Of a DNA stretch of 64,000 bases, positions 24,391 through 37,174 are shown in pieces (the stretch's first letter is position 1; every line of letters starts with the position of its first letter). The notes beneath the pieces are model-generated. The model was given only the letters and a program-made list of their open reading frames with translations. It was not told where the DNA came from and did not search any database. The position numbers and the translations under genes are program-made. The DNA is taken from assembly GCF_006345805.1 (NCBI RefSeq), contig NC_042997.1, positions 154,132,001 to 154,196,000 on the forward strand. The letters run 5' to 3'. This stretch comes from Octopus sinensis. Taxonomy: Eukaryota.

Positions 24391-24766
24391 TCTTTTCAAT
24401 TAAGTTGGTACGAAAAAGAAGTTCCTCTCATTTATGACAGATAGTCATTTAGGCTGGAGGAGTCGGCATAATTATGGAAAAAAACGTTCAAAACGGCATT
24501 TTTAAACAGCCGCATATGTCTGTACGTCTGATAATGAAGGCGCCATGCTTATGCACGCACCAACAATATAGCTGAAATCTATACCTATACTGTACAAACC
24601 GAAGAACAACAAAAACTTATGGACGCTTCATGAGTGATCTGGAATGATATATTTCAACAGGTCCACGACCTTAATTTAAATGACAGGCCATACAACACCA
24701 GGCATAAGTAAAGAACCAAGTAAATTAGAATTAGAGGCAGTAAACGAAATAGTGAACATATATCCG

Positions 24767-27380
24767 AAACTTAGATAAACTTAGATAAACTTAGATATGT
24801 TTCGACCAGAGATTGGTCCAGGCCATGTCTAACTTAATAGCACCACCTGATAGGATTATTCGAATCCTGTTTAAGTCAAGTTTTGTTCAAGTAGTGAGTT
24901 CTTGTTGGGTGAGTTGTATCCAGTTTTGTTCAAGTAGTGAGTTCTTGTTGGGTGAGTTGTATCCAATTATGGGTGGCTTATCTGGTATTCTTTGAAGGAA
25001 TCTATCCAGACTCTGTTTGAAGTTGATGGGATCCTTTTCCTCTTTGATCTCCCTCGGGACAATGTTAAATAGGGCAGGGCCCGTTGAGGAAAAGAAATTA
25101 TGTTGCAGTGTACGTGTATGTTGTGATCTTGAATTTGGCAGGGGACGTATAGCCCGTGGTCCAAGTCTTGGATGAACCTTGAAGCTAATGTTTAGGTCGT
25201 TTGGGCAAAGTTGGCGGTATATTTTCCACATCGTACAAATGATGTACCGCTCACGGCGATGCTGGAGGGAGTAAAGTTTCAAGGCTTTAAGGCGATCCCA
25301 ATAATCGAGAGCAGCCATGCCTTCAATTTGTTTAGTGAGAGCCCTCTGGGGTGACTCAATTCTGGAGATGTTTTGTCTTGTGTGAGGAGACCACAGTGGG
25401 CAGCAGTATTCAAGGTGTGGCCGTACAAAGGAGGAAAAAAGTGGTATGATGACACCTTGTTCTCTGGACCGGAAAGTTCTTAAGATCCAGGAACTCATCC
25501 TACGAGCTATATCGACCTTCTTGTTGATGTGTGCACTCCAACTGAGATCGTCATCAACAATTACACCCAGGTATCTGATATTGTTAGAGGCTGTGAGCGG
25601 TTCCCCTGAAGGAAGAGAGTATGGTTGTTTTAGTGAGGAATTTCTTCCAAAATGCATCAGCTCAAATTTTCCCTCATTCAGTTGCATTTTGTTTCTGTCT
25701 GCCCATTGACTCACAGCATATAGATCAGACTGGAGTTGAGTTCGGTCTGCTTCTTCATTGACGATTTGCTGGAGCTTAGTGTCATCAGCGAATATTTTCA
25801 CTTTGCAGTGATGTACGACACTGGAAAGGTCGTTTACGTAAATTATGAAGAGTAGCGGACCCAAAACAGTTCCCTGGGGAACACCGCTGGTGACTTTTGC
25901 TGGGTTTGAGTGGACTCCATCAACTACAACATGTTGTGTTCTATTCGCCAGGAAATACTGAATCCAGCGTAGAACTTTTCCACGGATTCCAACATTTGCT
26001 AATTTTGAGAGTAGGATGTTATGGTCTACCCTGTCGAACGCTTTACTGAAGTCAAGATATATGACGTCAGAGTTCGAACCTGTTCCCAAGGCTTTGAGTA
26101 CATCTTCAATGTGGTGTAAGAGCTGTGTTAGACAGTCCCTGCCGCAGCGAAAGCCATGCTGATTTGAATTTAGGAGTTTGTGGGTCTCCAGGAAGTCAGC
26201 TATCCTTGATCTTAACACTCTTTCAAACACTTTAATGATGTGGGAGGTGAATGAGATTGGGCGATAGTTGACTGCGAGGGATCTGTTTCCCTGTTTGAAA
26301 ACCGGGATGACCGACTGGGATAGAAACTGTTTCGGTATATAACCTGCGTCTAACGAGTTTCTCCAGAGGTTGGTCAGAGGGACTGCAAGTTGATATCTAC
26401 ATTCCTTTAGGAGACTAGCGGGAAATCTATCAGGGCCTACAGCAGAGTAATGTTTGACCTCATTTATTGCTGCTACGATGTCGGTGGCAGTGAAGGTTAT
26501 GTCTGCGATTTTGTGTTGGGAGTCAACTTCGTTCGTTTCCCTCACATCAATATCAGTGGGAACACGGAAGACAGAGCAGTATTGTTTCTGCAGTATTTCT
26601 GCCATTTCTTTAGCATCGTGTTGGGGAATGCCGTTATCATCAATCAATGGCCCAATGGGTGAGACAGTGGTTCTATGCTTATTTGCATAAGACTAGAACA
26701 CTTTTGGGTTCTGTTTGATGTTTTTGATTACCCATTGTTCCTCCACGGCTCTTTGATTTTCAATGGAGGTTTTCATGTTAGTCTGCAGATGAAGTTTTTC
26801 CAGCTCTAGTCTTTTCATTCTTGTTGAATGTGGATGTTGTGTGTGGGAATATTTTAATTGGTTGATTTTTTTGTTGAGTCTTTTGATGCGCCTGATGAGT
26901 GTTTTTTTCTTTTTAGGGAGCCGGTTTCTGTTTGTGTTAGTAGAATTCTTAGGAGCGTGTTTAGAGCATGTATAGGTGACAATGGTTTCAAAGTGCTGCC
27001 ACGCGGTCTCAACATGAGGGGAATTGAGAGTAAAAGATCAGTCGATGGAAGACAGATCCTTTCTGATTGTTCCCCAGTCCACTTTGTGGAAGTTTATGTT
27101 GTCAAATGGGTGCCATGGAGTGGGATTGGCTGGTTTGGTTTTTATATGTCGGGAATTAAGATTGCAGAGTACCATGTCGTGGTCTGAGAGGAGAGTTTTT
27201 TCGACTGAAATGCTGTGAACATAGCTAGAGTGATTGGTCAATACCAGATCCAAGATGGTTTTATTCTGTCTCGTTGGTTCAAGCACTAGCTGAGTCAGGA
27301 AATACTCATCCATCAGATTAAAGAGCAGTTCTGCTGCTGCCTTATCTGATGTAGAGCACTTGCCTAGAAGATCACACAGT
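24767..27380 (-). mobile_element. 5'-truncated CR1-type LINE with (TATCTAAGTT)n tail
   Basis: EPTRQNKTILDLVLTN..SDH (APE end), one TAG near 26692, then 586-aa RT ORF (YLDFSKAFD, VPQGTVLGP, FADD, LEYCCPLWSP). Confidence 0.93.
24887..26647 (-). CDS. CR1 ORF2 RT domain, open 586 aa (part of a truncated element)
   Basis: ORF track; canonical CR1 RT motifs. Confidence 0.8.
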   Translation of the reverse strand: MIDDNGIPQHDAKEMAEILQKQYCSVFRVPTDIDVRETNEVDSQHKIADITFTATDIVAAINEVKHYSAVGPDRFPASLLKECRYQLAVPLTNLWRNSLDAGYIPKQFLSQSVIPVFKQGNRSLAVNYRPISFTSHIIKVFERVLRSRIADFLETHKLLNSNQHGFRCGRDCLTQLLHHIEDVLKALGTGSNSDVIYLDFSKAFDRVDHNILLSKLANVGIRGKVLRWIQYFLANRTQHVVVDGVHSNPAKVTSGVPQGTVLGPLLFIIYVNDLSSVVHHCKVKIFADDTKLQQIVNEEADRTQLQSDLYAVSQWADRNKMQLNEGKFELMHFGRNSSLKQPYSLPSGEPLTASNNIRYLGVIVDDDLSWSAHINKKVDIARRMSSWILRTFRSREQGVIIPLFSSFVRPHLEYCCPLWSPHTRQNISRIESPQRALTKQIEGMAALDYWDRLKALKLYSLQHRRERYIICTMWKIYRQLCPNDLNISFKVHPRLGPRAIRPLPNSRSQHTRTLQHNFFSSTGPALFNIVPREIKEEKDPINFKQSLDRFLQRIPDKPPIIGYNSPNKNSLLEQNWIQLTQQELTT

Positions 27381-27579
27381 CCAGTTATATATGAAAAGAA
27401 ACCTATAAAACTATTAATACTTTGACATATATCTCAGCTATTATGTTACTAAGAGCTGAGACCACGCAATCGAGATTCAAGTGGAAAACCTGAAGGAGCA
27501 TAGGTACGTAACTTAAAGAATAAAATTTTATTTCTGCGAAAATGTATCTCACAGATCGTTGTAGTTATAAAATGTAATA

Positions 27580-28860
27580 CAGAGAACAACTTGACGCGGC
27601 ATCAGAAAGAGCTCAGAAAAGAAAAAAGACTAGAGAGGCGATTTAATGATACGGGATTCAAAAACCTAAACTCCAGACTACATAATGGACTCATAAATAA
27701 GGAGAGGACCCAGAATACTCACCTTACAAAAAGCATATTGCCCACAACGCCTTTCCAAAGCCTGTTCTCACGCCTACGTCTGGTCTTCTGAACTGGTTAG
27801 TAGAAGCACTCAATAAGATAGATGTTCGAACTCGCAAACTGTTCAGTGTTACAGGAAACTTGAACATTAAGGGAGATAGAGAGAGGCTATTCTTCCTACG
27901 CAAAGATGGCGGCTGTGTCTCACATCTGTATTAATGTCATATGAAGCACGTATTTTGACACTGAAATAACAACTTCAACAGAGGAACGAGGCCAGTAACT
28001 ATCTTTCCCAAGTTTGTGACCGCGAAACCCATAACGTTAAACTAGCTAATGAACTTGAGATATGAAATAACAACTGATACATATATCTCCCAAGGCGCAT
28101 AGGTAAAATCTATTTATAAGAACAGAATAAAAAAGGGACCGGTTCACTATAAAGATAGCACATGAATACTTGGCATGGAACTCACAACCATAGAAAGGAG
28201 TTATGTCAAAAGCTTGGCATGGAGTACTGACAAGTTTATGACATCCCACTTCGAAAGCTACTTCCATGTAGTACAACAACATGAGATTCACACTAAGTAC
28301 CTACAGCATTTAAAGACAAAAGTCGTTGATAGACAACAAATGACTGACAACAAATGTGAAAGACAAAGGCCGAAGACATCACTCATGTTATTGCCAACTA
28401 CATGAGAATGTGTTCCAGATATTATCTTCTCAAAAGGCATGATGTAGTTGCCAGAACAGTCTGTAATTGGATAACAAAGAAGAAATCACCTACAGATGAA
28501 GTTGAGCATATTGTGACCGATTGGTCAAAAAAGGAATATTGGTGAAACTTAAAAATTAAAACAGCAACCAAGTTAAAACACACCCGGTCATATATTGCTG
28601 TGTGAGACCACAAGGAAAACCTTTGATCTGTTCTGGAAATCAGTTGGCCTCTAGAAATAGATGTGGTTACCATTGATAAAGAGTTTGCAAATCCAATACT
28701 CAAAATACAGTTTCAGGTTGATACCTAATATTATTGGAGCGACCGGTCTGGAGCAAAAAATGGCTAAACTTGGGATTTTGGTGAGTGAACGCAACTCCTT
28801 AATTCATTTGCTACAAATGATCACGATATCTGAGACTATAAAAATCTTCAAGACCCTCCT
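27580..28860 (+). mobile_element. Degenerate R4/Dong-type non-LTR 3' part (restriction-like endonuclease)
   Basis: KIDVRTRKL..DRERLFFLRKDGG; C..EDITHVI..KRHDVVA; EISWP; YSFRLIPNIIGATG. Confidence 0.75.
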
Positions 28861-29333
28861 AATATTTAAAGGATGGTGTGTAAAATATGTTGCTTTCCTT
28901 CACCCCCCCCCCTGTTACCAAGTAAGGGGGTCAGTGGAAATTTATTCTACTTAAAAAGAGAAAGAGAAAAATACATACATACATACATACATACATACAT
29001 ACGCAACTCGCTTCGATGCAGTTTCCGCCTACCTAATTTTACACACGTCATTTGTTGGATGTAATCTATAGTAGACCACAGTCGCGCAATGTATGACTCA
29101 GTGGTCGATCGAATGTAGTTCGAATTAACTCCATAACCACAACTATTCTTCTATCCTATGGAATATAAACCACATTTACTCGTTGTAGGAGAAATTTCCA
29201 TTCGAAAAGCGAAATATGTCTGCTATATATATAAACACTGATTTCAGAATTGCTTTATGCATTTCCACATGATATGATGAATAAAAGTAATTGCCTTTTT
29301 CTCAGTATTTACTTTATTGTGTATTTATTTCAG

Positions 29334-29455
29334 AATCTACGAAGTGTACTGTTGGTTTTCTTTTAGTCAATGCAACAGTAGGTATTGGTATAATAAATCT
29401 TCCTGAAGCATATCAACAAGTAGACAATTTAGCGTTAGCCATCAGCATCCATTGC
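29334..29455 (+). CDS. SLC38A7-like: SLC38A7/8-like exon 2 (TM1)
   Basis: tttcag|AA TCT ACG..; ESTKCTVGFLLVNATVGIGIINLPEAYQQVDNLALAISIHC resembles SLC38A7 VVNACLGAGLLNFPAAF; donor TGC|GTAAGT, phase 0. Confidence 0.9.
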
Positions 29456-30784
29456 GTAAGTATATTTTCTGTTTCTTCGTGTACAAATACAAGGTCTCAT
29501 AATAATGGGGCACATATAAGTGATCTACTATTATACACTTTCCTTAATATCTGAGCTTGTTCCAGTTCTATTTACTTGCGTTCAAAATGTGCCCCATCAT
29601 TATGAGACACCCACCCTGTATTTCTTATCAATGAGCTGCTTGTGTATTTTATTCATGCATTTGTGGTGCAGAAATGCAGCTGAGAACGGACGATCAAAAT
29701 ATTTGATCGCCAAGTTCAATTTATATTTCATCGTTTGGTATTAATACACATAAGAAAAGATATAAGAATTGCTTACTTTCTAATCTTGAAATCTTTAAGA
29801 GATCACAATCATACTGGTTAATGCATATTTATGAACTAAGTTAAGTTTCAATGCTATCCTCATCAACCGACATACATCCTATTTTAAAGATAGGACTATT
29901 TTACACAGAAGCTTTTCTGTTAAAGAGTGTTGGTGTGGTTTGAGAAATATGACCGACAGCGTAGGATCATACTCATTGGCTTGTCTTTATGCAGTTGTTG
30001 TGGCTTATCCCCAATTCAGCCCTGCTCGAACAAATCTATGATTAGATTAATGCCATGTTGCTACTTTTGCGTGCGATCTACCGCAGTATCTGTAGTCCAG
30101 ATTGTCAGATGACCTGATCTGAGTTAGGAATGGGGTTAGGGTTTTGGGTTATGTTATGATCTTGGATTAGGGTTAAGGGTCAGGGTCAGGGTTTTTAAGT
30201 TATAGTTAGAGTTTTGGGTTACAGTTACTGCTTACCGTTAGAGATAACGTGTGAGTTAGACTTCACGCTGAAGTATAAATGTCCAGGTAGACGGCTTGCT
30301 AAAGAGGCACCAGTGACATTTCAGTCGCGATCTCCTCGCCTTTTAGCAGTATGTAGGGCTACAATATCCAAAATATTATTTCCTTATTTAATTTGGTAGA
30401 ATATGATTAAGTGAAGACTAAGCTACTTTTCTAATAAGGTAGCGTGACCACGTAGAGCCTGCTCCGTTGTAGTTATTTCTAAAATCATTTTACTGTCTAA
30501 ATATATATAGCAAACTTTAAAATGTTTCTCTGTTAAATAACTGTAATGTCTATAGATATTTGACCCAAACAAATACTTAGATATTATCTTATTGTGATAT
30601 CAATTTCTCACATTGTATGGAATATAATGCAGATATGACAATACGGTATGAGATTACATGGTTAAAGAGACTGTACTGTCATGATAACGAACTTACGAGT
30701 TTAAAGATGATGAATGTTGAAATATAAGAACATCACATCTCTACGTTTTTAAATACGTATTTTCCTTTTATTATTTCATTTCAG

Positions 30785-30983
30785 ATTATTTGTGGTTGTT
30801 CGTTCATTTCAATGTTTATTGTAGCATATGCCTCAGATAAAACCCAAAGATCAAGTTATCAAGATATTATGTTTGATTTCTATGGAGAGAAAGGTCGTGC
30901 GTTGACATCTGTATTTATTTTTGTTAGTATATATCTTTACTGCACCAGTTTAATGGTATTGATTGGTGACCAAATAGAAGAAT
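30785..30983 (+). CDS. SLC38A7-like: SLC38A7/8-like exon 3 (TM2-TM3)
   Basis: tttcag|; IICGCSFISMFIVAYASDKTQRSSYQDIMFDFYGEKGRALTSVFIFVSIYLYCTSLMVLIGDQIEE (family LAYC..TYQ..CG..IIGDQ); donor T|GTAAGT, phase 1. Confidence 0.92.
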
Positions 30984-31979
30984 GTAAGTAAAAATTATAA
31001 TTTATATATTTTTATATATATATATATACTGAACAAATCATTGAGTGGTATCATTTCTATTTCCTATGAAACTTTAAATCTGAATAAATTTGACAGCGTC
31101 AAATATATAGCAGTGAAAATAGCTATCAGGAAAATCGCGCTGGCTTGAGTATGGAGCTATGAGAACAGCTTGAGAGGAGAATTGTCCACGACTGAAGCGA
31201 GTTACGACCGAATTGTTTTCGGCTTAATCGCGCCAAAATCGGCTTCTTATAAAGCCGTCGCTACAGGAATTTTCCAGTTATGCACACATTATTAAAGCGG
31301 CAATCACAAGCGATCGAACATGAAAATGAAAATGAAAATTAAATCAACCGCCATTGGACCGACTCTTTTATTTATGAAGAAGTGCGTGCAGAAAGTCCAT
31401 TTCATATTTAGTTTCTTTGAAGCAATAATTTTAGTTCAGCCGCAGATTCGTTTTTAAGACATATTGCATTAACTCTGTAGATAATAAAATCATAAGATTT
31501 CAATCTCATTACCTATTTCCATCTAAACCGATTCTTTTCAGGGTGATGTTGAATTTCAAACCATTTACAAGAATTGAGGTAGATACAGAAATGCATTGAA
31601 CCATTTTTATTTGTTCTCCAAAAGTTGAAGTATAAACGGAGAGAAAGAGTAAGAGCGCGATGGCATTTCCTTTTTCTCCGCTATAGGATTTAACGGTTAT
31701 TCAAATATTACGGTGTTGGGTATATATTTTGATAGAGCGTGTATTGAGTTTTTTCATTGGGTTATAAATACACAGAGAATGAGTTTAAGAATGTGTTACT
31801 GGAGTTGTGCAGAGCTAGCTGTTACACTGAAAGTGTCATCTGAAGGATATTTTTTGACTCTGAGTTGAGGGACATAGTATGTTATTTTTTTCTATTTATG
31901 TTTCTTCGTATTCTTTATCATACATAACCATCCATTAATTATCAATAGTTTTTACTTTCGTTATTACTAATCAGAGGAA

Positions 31980-32200
31980 GGCGGTAAGCTGGCAGAATCT
32001 TTAGCATGCCGAGTAAAATGCTTAGCGGCATTTCGCCCGTCTTTACGTTCTGAATTCAAATTCCGCCGAGGTCGACTTTGCCTTTGATCCTTTAGGAATC
32101 GATAATAAATACCTGTTACGCAATGGAGTGATATAATCGACTAGGCTCCTCCCCTCAAATTTCAGGCCTTGTGCCTATAAAATAAATACCAGTTAAGCAT
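31980..32200 (+). mobile_element. tRNA-derived SINE, family B
   Basis: ggcggtaagctggcagaatc..tacgttctgaattcaaattccgccgaggtcgactttgcc. Confidence 0.85.
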
Positions 32201-32319
32201 TAAGTTAAGACTCGTGAATAATCGTTAATCAATGATTCTCGTAGTGCTAGTAACCAACATAGACCTCCTCTGGAATTGCAGACCTTGTGCCAAAATTTGA
32301 TACCATTGTTACTAATCAG

Positions 32320-32560
32320 ACAGGAGCTAACAGAATCGTTACATCGGCGAGTTGGCTGAATCATGTGCATGTTGGACAAAATGCATAGCGACATTTCTTC
32401 CCTTCCTTTACGTCCTGAGTTCAAATTCCGTTGATTTTGCCGTTCATGCTTTCAGGTCGATAATGTAAGTACTGGTTGAGCATTGGACGGGTATGTAATC
32501 CTTTAACCTCATTCCCCTTAAAACTAATGGCCTTGTGCCAAGATTTGAAATCATTATTAC
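32320..32560 (+). mobile_element. tRNA-derived SINE, family B (older copy)
   Basis: gctaacagaatcgtt..tacgtcctgagttcaaattccg. Confidence 0.75.
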
Positions 32561-32679
32561 TTGTTAGAAGATTGATTGAGATCAGAAATTTTTGCAAAGT
32601 TCATTGCGGCTATGGCTAGGTTCTCTGAAGATCCTATGAAGATGATGGCGATGTAGCAACCTTTAACTTCATCTAAGTG

Positions 32680-33600
32680 TGATACATACGCACAGTAATG
32701 CACAGATACCTAACCCACACAACCCCACGCACACACAGACACACATACTTATATATATACACACATACACATAAACGTACACACGTACACACAACCACAT
32801 ACTCATAATACTCAAGCACACGCGCATACACGCAACAAAACATACATAACCCGACACATCCCCACGTTCACACAGACATATACACACGAACGTACATACA
32901 CACATGCGCACGCGCACATACACACACACGCACGTATACACACGCACATACACACACGCACACGAATGCACACATACTTAACACCCACAACCCCACGCAT
33001 ACACATATACATAGCTGCATACGCACACACACATACACACGCACACATGCACGCACACACAACTACACGCACATACAGATACACATGCACACACATATGC
33101 ACGCACACAAAATACACACGTACAAACACACATATGTACACATGCACATACAAGGACACACAAGTGCACACACACAGAGTAACGTACAGTTACTCCACAG
33201 ACACAACCACGTGCGTACACACATACCTACTCGTACACACACAGACATACGTACGGACTCAACACACACTGCAAACAAAACACACACACACTACATATAC
33301 ATACACGCACACACATACTACATATACATACACGCACACACACATACTTCAAACTACCAGTACCTTTCTACTGACCAATCTCCTGCGCACATATGTTGGT
33401 AGACACACAACAGACAGCCACTCCTACCAATATTCTTACTATAAATTCTTCCTATTAAGTCCAACCACACACATACATAAACAGCCACAACCAAACACAC
33501 ACGCGCGCGCACTTACATGTGCCATCATTACACACACACACACACACACACATGCACACAGACCTGCGCGCACGCACATACATACGCATACTTCCTCTTG
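32680..33600. repeat. Long degenerate CA-rich low-complexity tract
   Basis: Direct inspection. Confidence 0.92.
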
Positions 33601-33723
33601 CATTCTCCTGTCTTTGAAAGAAAATTTTCTTCACCTATTCCCTTCCGGTCATTTCAATATGTGACCGTATGTGTATCGTTGGCGATTTTCTTTCTCCGTC
33701 TTTCTTTCTTTGGACTTTCCTAT

Positions 33724-33758
33724 ATTTCTGATGAAGAGCTCCGCTCGAAACGTGAAAT
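33724..33758 (+). ncRNA. Minimal hammerhead motif (family 1, copy C; cleavage-site base G, probably inactive)
   Basis: attt CTGATGA a GAGC tcc GCTC GAA ACGT G aaat. Confidence 0.55.
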
Positions 33759-33974
33759 CCTCTTTCGTTTCTTTCGTTTCCTGAGCGTCCAATAACCCTG
33801 TACTTATTCCACGTCCTCGCGTTGTTGTTTTTTTCTTGCCTGTTCATATGTGGATTGACTCTTGCAACACCTAACTGTGTTCGGTTTGTCCTTACACAGA
33901 GGCCATCCGGATTCCCGTTTGCGCCGTGAACAGGAATTAATCTTCTCTCTTCGCTCTTATACGCCATTTGGTCT

Positions 33975-34205
33975 CAACTCTCCCCCCTCCTCATCTAACC
34001 CCCCTCCCCCCTCCTCACCTATCCTTTCTCCCCCCGACCCCTACTTCTTCAGTCCTTCATCCTTTCACCCCTACTCCCCTTCCCTTCTTCCCTCTTTCTC
34101 CCTCCCTCTTCCCCTTCCCTCTGCTCCCTCTCTCCCCTTCCTTCTCCCCCATCCTCTCCTCTTCCCCTTCTCCTCCCCCTCTTCTCCCCCTCCCCCTCTT
34201 CTCCT
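33975..34205. repeat. Polypyrimidine C/T-rich tract
   Basis: About 230 nt almost free of G on the + strand. Confidence 0.9.
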
Positions 34206-34209
34206 CACT

Positions 34210-34600
34210 ACACCACATGACTTTACACATCACATCACATCACATATGATGTGCCATACTAATACACACACCAACTAATACATACTAATACGTACTAATA
34301 CATACTAGTACATACTAATACTTACACCAACCCTATACATACACACGTCCAGACCCCGCATACGCACTTATACTCTCTCACACACACACACACCTATACA
34401 TACCAATACGTACTAATACATACTAATACATACTAATACATACACCAACCCCATACATACGCACGTCCAGATCAATCCTACGCACTAATACTCTCTCATA
34501 CACACACACACACACACACACACCCTTATACATACTAATACATACACCAACCCTATACATACACACATCCAGACCCCTCCCACGCACTTTTAGCTGGTCC
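34210..34600. repeat. Degenerate CATACTAATA / CA minisatellite-like array
   Basis: Repeated catactaata and caaccctatacatacacac..ccaga units. Confidence 0.8.
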
Positions 34601-34759
34601 CTCAACCCATTTATCAACCCTATTATCTCCCCTTATTTCGCTCTCGCGTCTCATGTTTGATCTTTGACCTCTGGCCGAAATCAGATCGCCATGTTGATTC
34701 GTTAGCTACTGCACGCATTTTTTTCTCTCCTTCTTTCTGTGTTTTTCTCTCTCTGTGTA

Positions 34760-34797
34760 TCTTTCTGTTGAAGAGCGTAGGCTCGAAACGTTAAAGA
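34760..34797 (+). ncRNA. Minimal hammerhead motif, A6U variant (family 1, copy D)
   Basis: tcttt CTGTTGA a GAGC gtag GCTC GAA ACGT T aaaga; perfect 5-bp stem I. Confidence 0.55.
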
Positions 34798-34894
34798 CTT
34801 GTTTTATTTATATTTCCTGAGCGCCATACTAATACAATTGTTCGTTTGTTTTCCACCTGCCTTCGTCTTTTGTTTATTTTCATAAAGCTTCCCG

Positions 34895-34896
<2 letters not shown>

Positions 34897-34955
<59 letters not shown>

Positions 34956-35024
34956 TGTATGTATGTATGTATGTATGTATGTATGTATGTATGTATGTAT
35001 GTATCTATATACATGTCCATGTGT

Positions 35025-35071
<47 letters not shown>
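34897..35071. repeat. (TA)/(TATG)/(GT) compound microsatellite
   Basis: Direct inspection. Confidence 0.97.
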
Positions 35072-35074
<3 letters not shown>

Positions 35075-35216
35075 GCAAAGAAGCTTGCTTTCCAACCACA
35101 TGATTCCGGGTTCAGTCCCACTGCATAGTACCTTGGGCAAGTCTTTCTACTACAGCCTCGAGCCAACCAAAGCCTTGTGAGTGGATTTGGTGGACGGAAA
35201 CTGAAAGAATCCCTTC
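35072..35216 (+). mobile_element. SINE family A, partial
   Basis: ccaaccacatgattccgggttcagtcccactgc..ggaaactgaaag. Confidence 0.8.
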
Positions 35217-35283
<67 letters not shown>

Positions 35284-35285
<2 letters not shown>

Positions 35286-35915
35286 TAGTAGCTAAGCCCG
35301 GTTTCACCCGGTCTGTTTGGATGATGTAGCTGTGATCGTTTTCGGTTAGGCATAATCTGTAACAGTGTTTCTCAACCTTATCATTTTGGGTCCCTTGTTT
35401 TGATTGGAGCCTCCAGCTGTATGAAAATTTCCTGACCCCACCCCTAGTCAGAAAACAGCTTCAGGAGTTGTGAAGAACGAATTTGTACGTAGTCTATTTC
35501 TTTGAGCTATTCTATTGGACCTCTGTCTAATAATTAAAACATTGGGCGATCTTTCGATATGGGAACGCACGACTGTCATTTACAAACCATTTACAAACCA
35601 CGTGTGTTTATTTACATTTTTGAGGATGATCGTCAGTTTCCGTAAAAAAAATTATATTTTGAATATGGGGTTGGGTGGAAAGGGGATCTTTTGAATCGGC
35701 GTGAAAGCGAAAGAGACAGGGAGAGTGCGATTGTATGAGTTCTTTTGAAGTTGGCGTGAGGCGGAAGAATTCATATGCATGTGTGTGTGAGAGTGTGTGT
35801 GTGTGAGAGTGTGTGTGTGTGTGTGATGGGGTGAGACAAAATGTGTGGTGTGTATGTGAATTGCTTTTGTTAGTGTGTATGAAGAGAAAGAGAGAGTAAT
35901 GTTGCTGGTGTGCGT

Positions 35916-35957
<42 letters not shown>

Positions 35958-36082
35958 AGCGAGAGAGAGAAGTGAAACTTTTTATTCAGTTTTTGTAGTG
36001 AGTGAATGTGTGAGTGATTGACAGAGAAAAAGCGCGCGCGAGAGAGAGAGAGAAACGTTATGTATGTATGAATGGCTTCAGT

Positions 36083-36144
<62 letters not shown>

Positions 36145-36150
36145 GTTATG
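35284..36150 (+). mobile_element. Putative non-autonomous Helitron-like repeat with internal microsatellites
   Basis: Begins actagtagctaagcccggtttcacccgg (hairpin-like 5' end) and ends in a (CA)n-agag..tatgtatg tail. Classification is inference. Confidence 0.35.
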
Positions 36151-36179
36151 TATGTATGTATGCATGCATGTATCTATTT

Positions 36180-37135
36180 ATGGCCTTATATATCTATTTA
36201 TTGCATCCGTTTTTTCAGAAAACAATTTTGCCTTTGTGAGGATCTGTTTTAGTGATTTCGGTTGTTTGTAGCTTTTAATGATTTTATGTATGTTTAAAAT
36301 TTCCTTTAATTTGGGATCCTTATGCAGTATTGGTAAATTCTGGGTGATGATGGTGAAGGCTTCTTTGTTTCTGGGGTTGTATGTGGATATGTATGGCAGA
36401 ATTTTCGGGGAAGGTGTGTTGCTGTGTTGAACTTTTCTTAAGGTTTCTATGTCGATTTGTGTTGCACGTCTGATTGCATCCTGTATGAGTTGAACTGGGT
36501 AGTGTCTGTCAATTATGGTGTTTTTGAGTTCTTGCAGTCTAAAGTTTCTGGTATTTTGTTCTGACATTATTGTGCATATCTTTCTTGCAAGGCTGAAGGG
36601 GATGTTTGTTTTAGTGTGTCTTGGGTGGCATGAATAAAAATGTAGGTATTGTTTAGCGTCTGTGGTTTTGTAAAATATGTCCGTTTCTATTTTTAGGTTT
36701 ATTTTTAATTACTATATCTAAGAATGGAAGCTCCTTTTGGTTGTACTCCATTGTGAACTGTATATTTTGGTTGACGCTGTTCAATAGGTTTTTGAATTTT
36801 AGGAGTTTATCTGTGTTTTCATTCCAGAGTATAAAACAGTCATCTAGGAATCTTTTCCAGTTTTCTTTAATGTATTGGAAGGGTGTTTCCAAAGGTAGAT
36901 AAAGATTCCTGGTATATTATTACTTCCAGGTAGCCCATTGTTAGGTTCGCAATGACTGGTGCTGCCCTTGTACCCATAGCAATTCCGTATTTTTGACGGT
37001 AAAACGTATTGTCAAACATGAAGTGGTTATTTTGTAGGATGAATTCAACCGATTTAGTAATGAATTCTTTAGTGATCCTTTTTGGTATTTCTTCTGGATA
37101 TTAGTCCAGCCAGAACTGAATTGCCTCTAGACCAT
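36180..37135 (-). mobile_element. Penelope-like RT fragment (Neptune-type)
   Basis: WKRFLDDCFILW..IQFTMEYNQKELPFLDI; LPYISTYNPRN..IIKSYKQPKSLKQIL. Confidence 0.85.
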
Positions 37136-37174
37136 AATTATGAGGTATACTTGTATATAAATTAACTACAAATG

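Noticed and set aside
29927-30112. ORF in intron 2 as an extra exon
   Set aside because: Exons 2 and 3 are contiguous in the family alignment, and this ORF shows no similarity.
30130-30200. TTAGGG-like run as an interstitial telomere
   Set aside because: Only a few imperfect units; such motifs are common inside non-autonomous DNA transposons.
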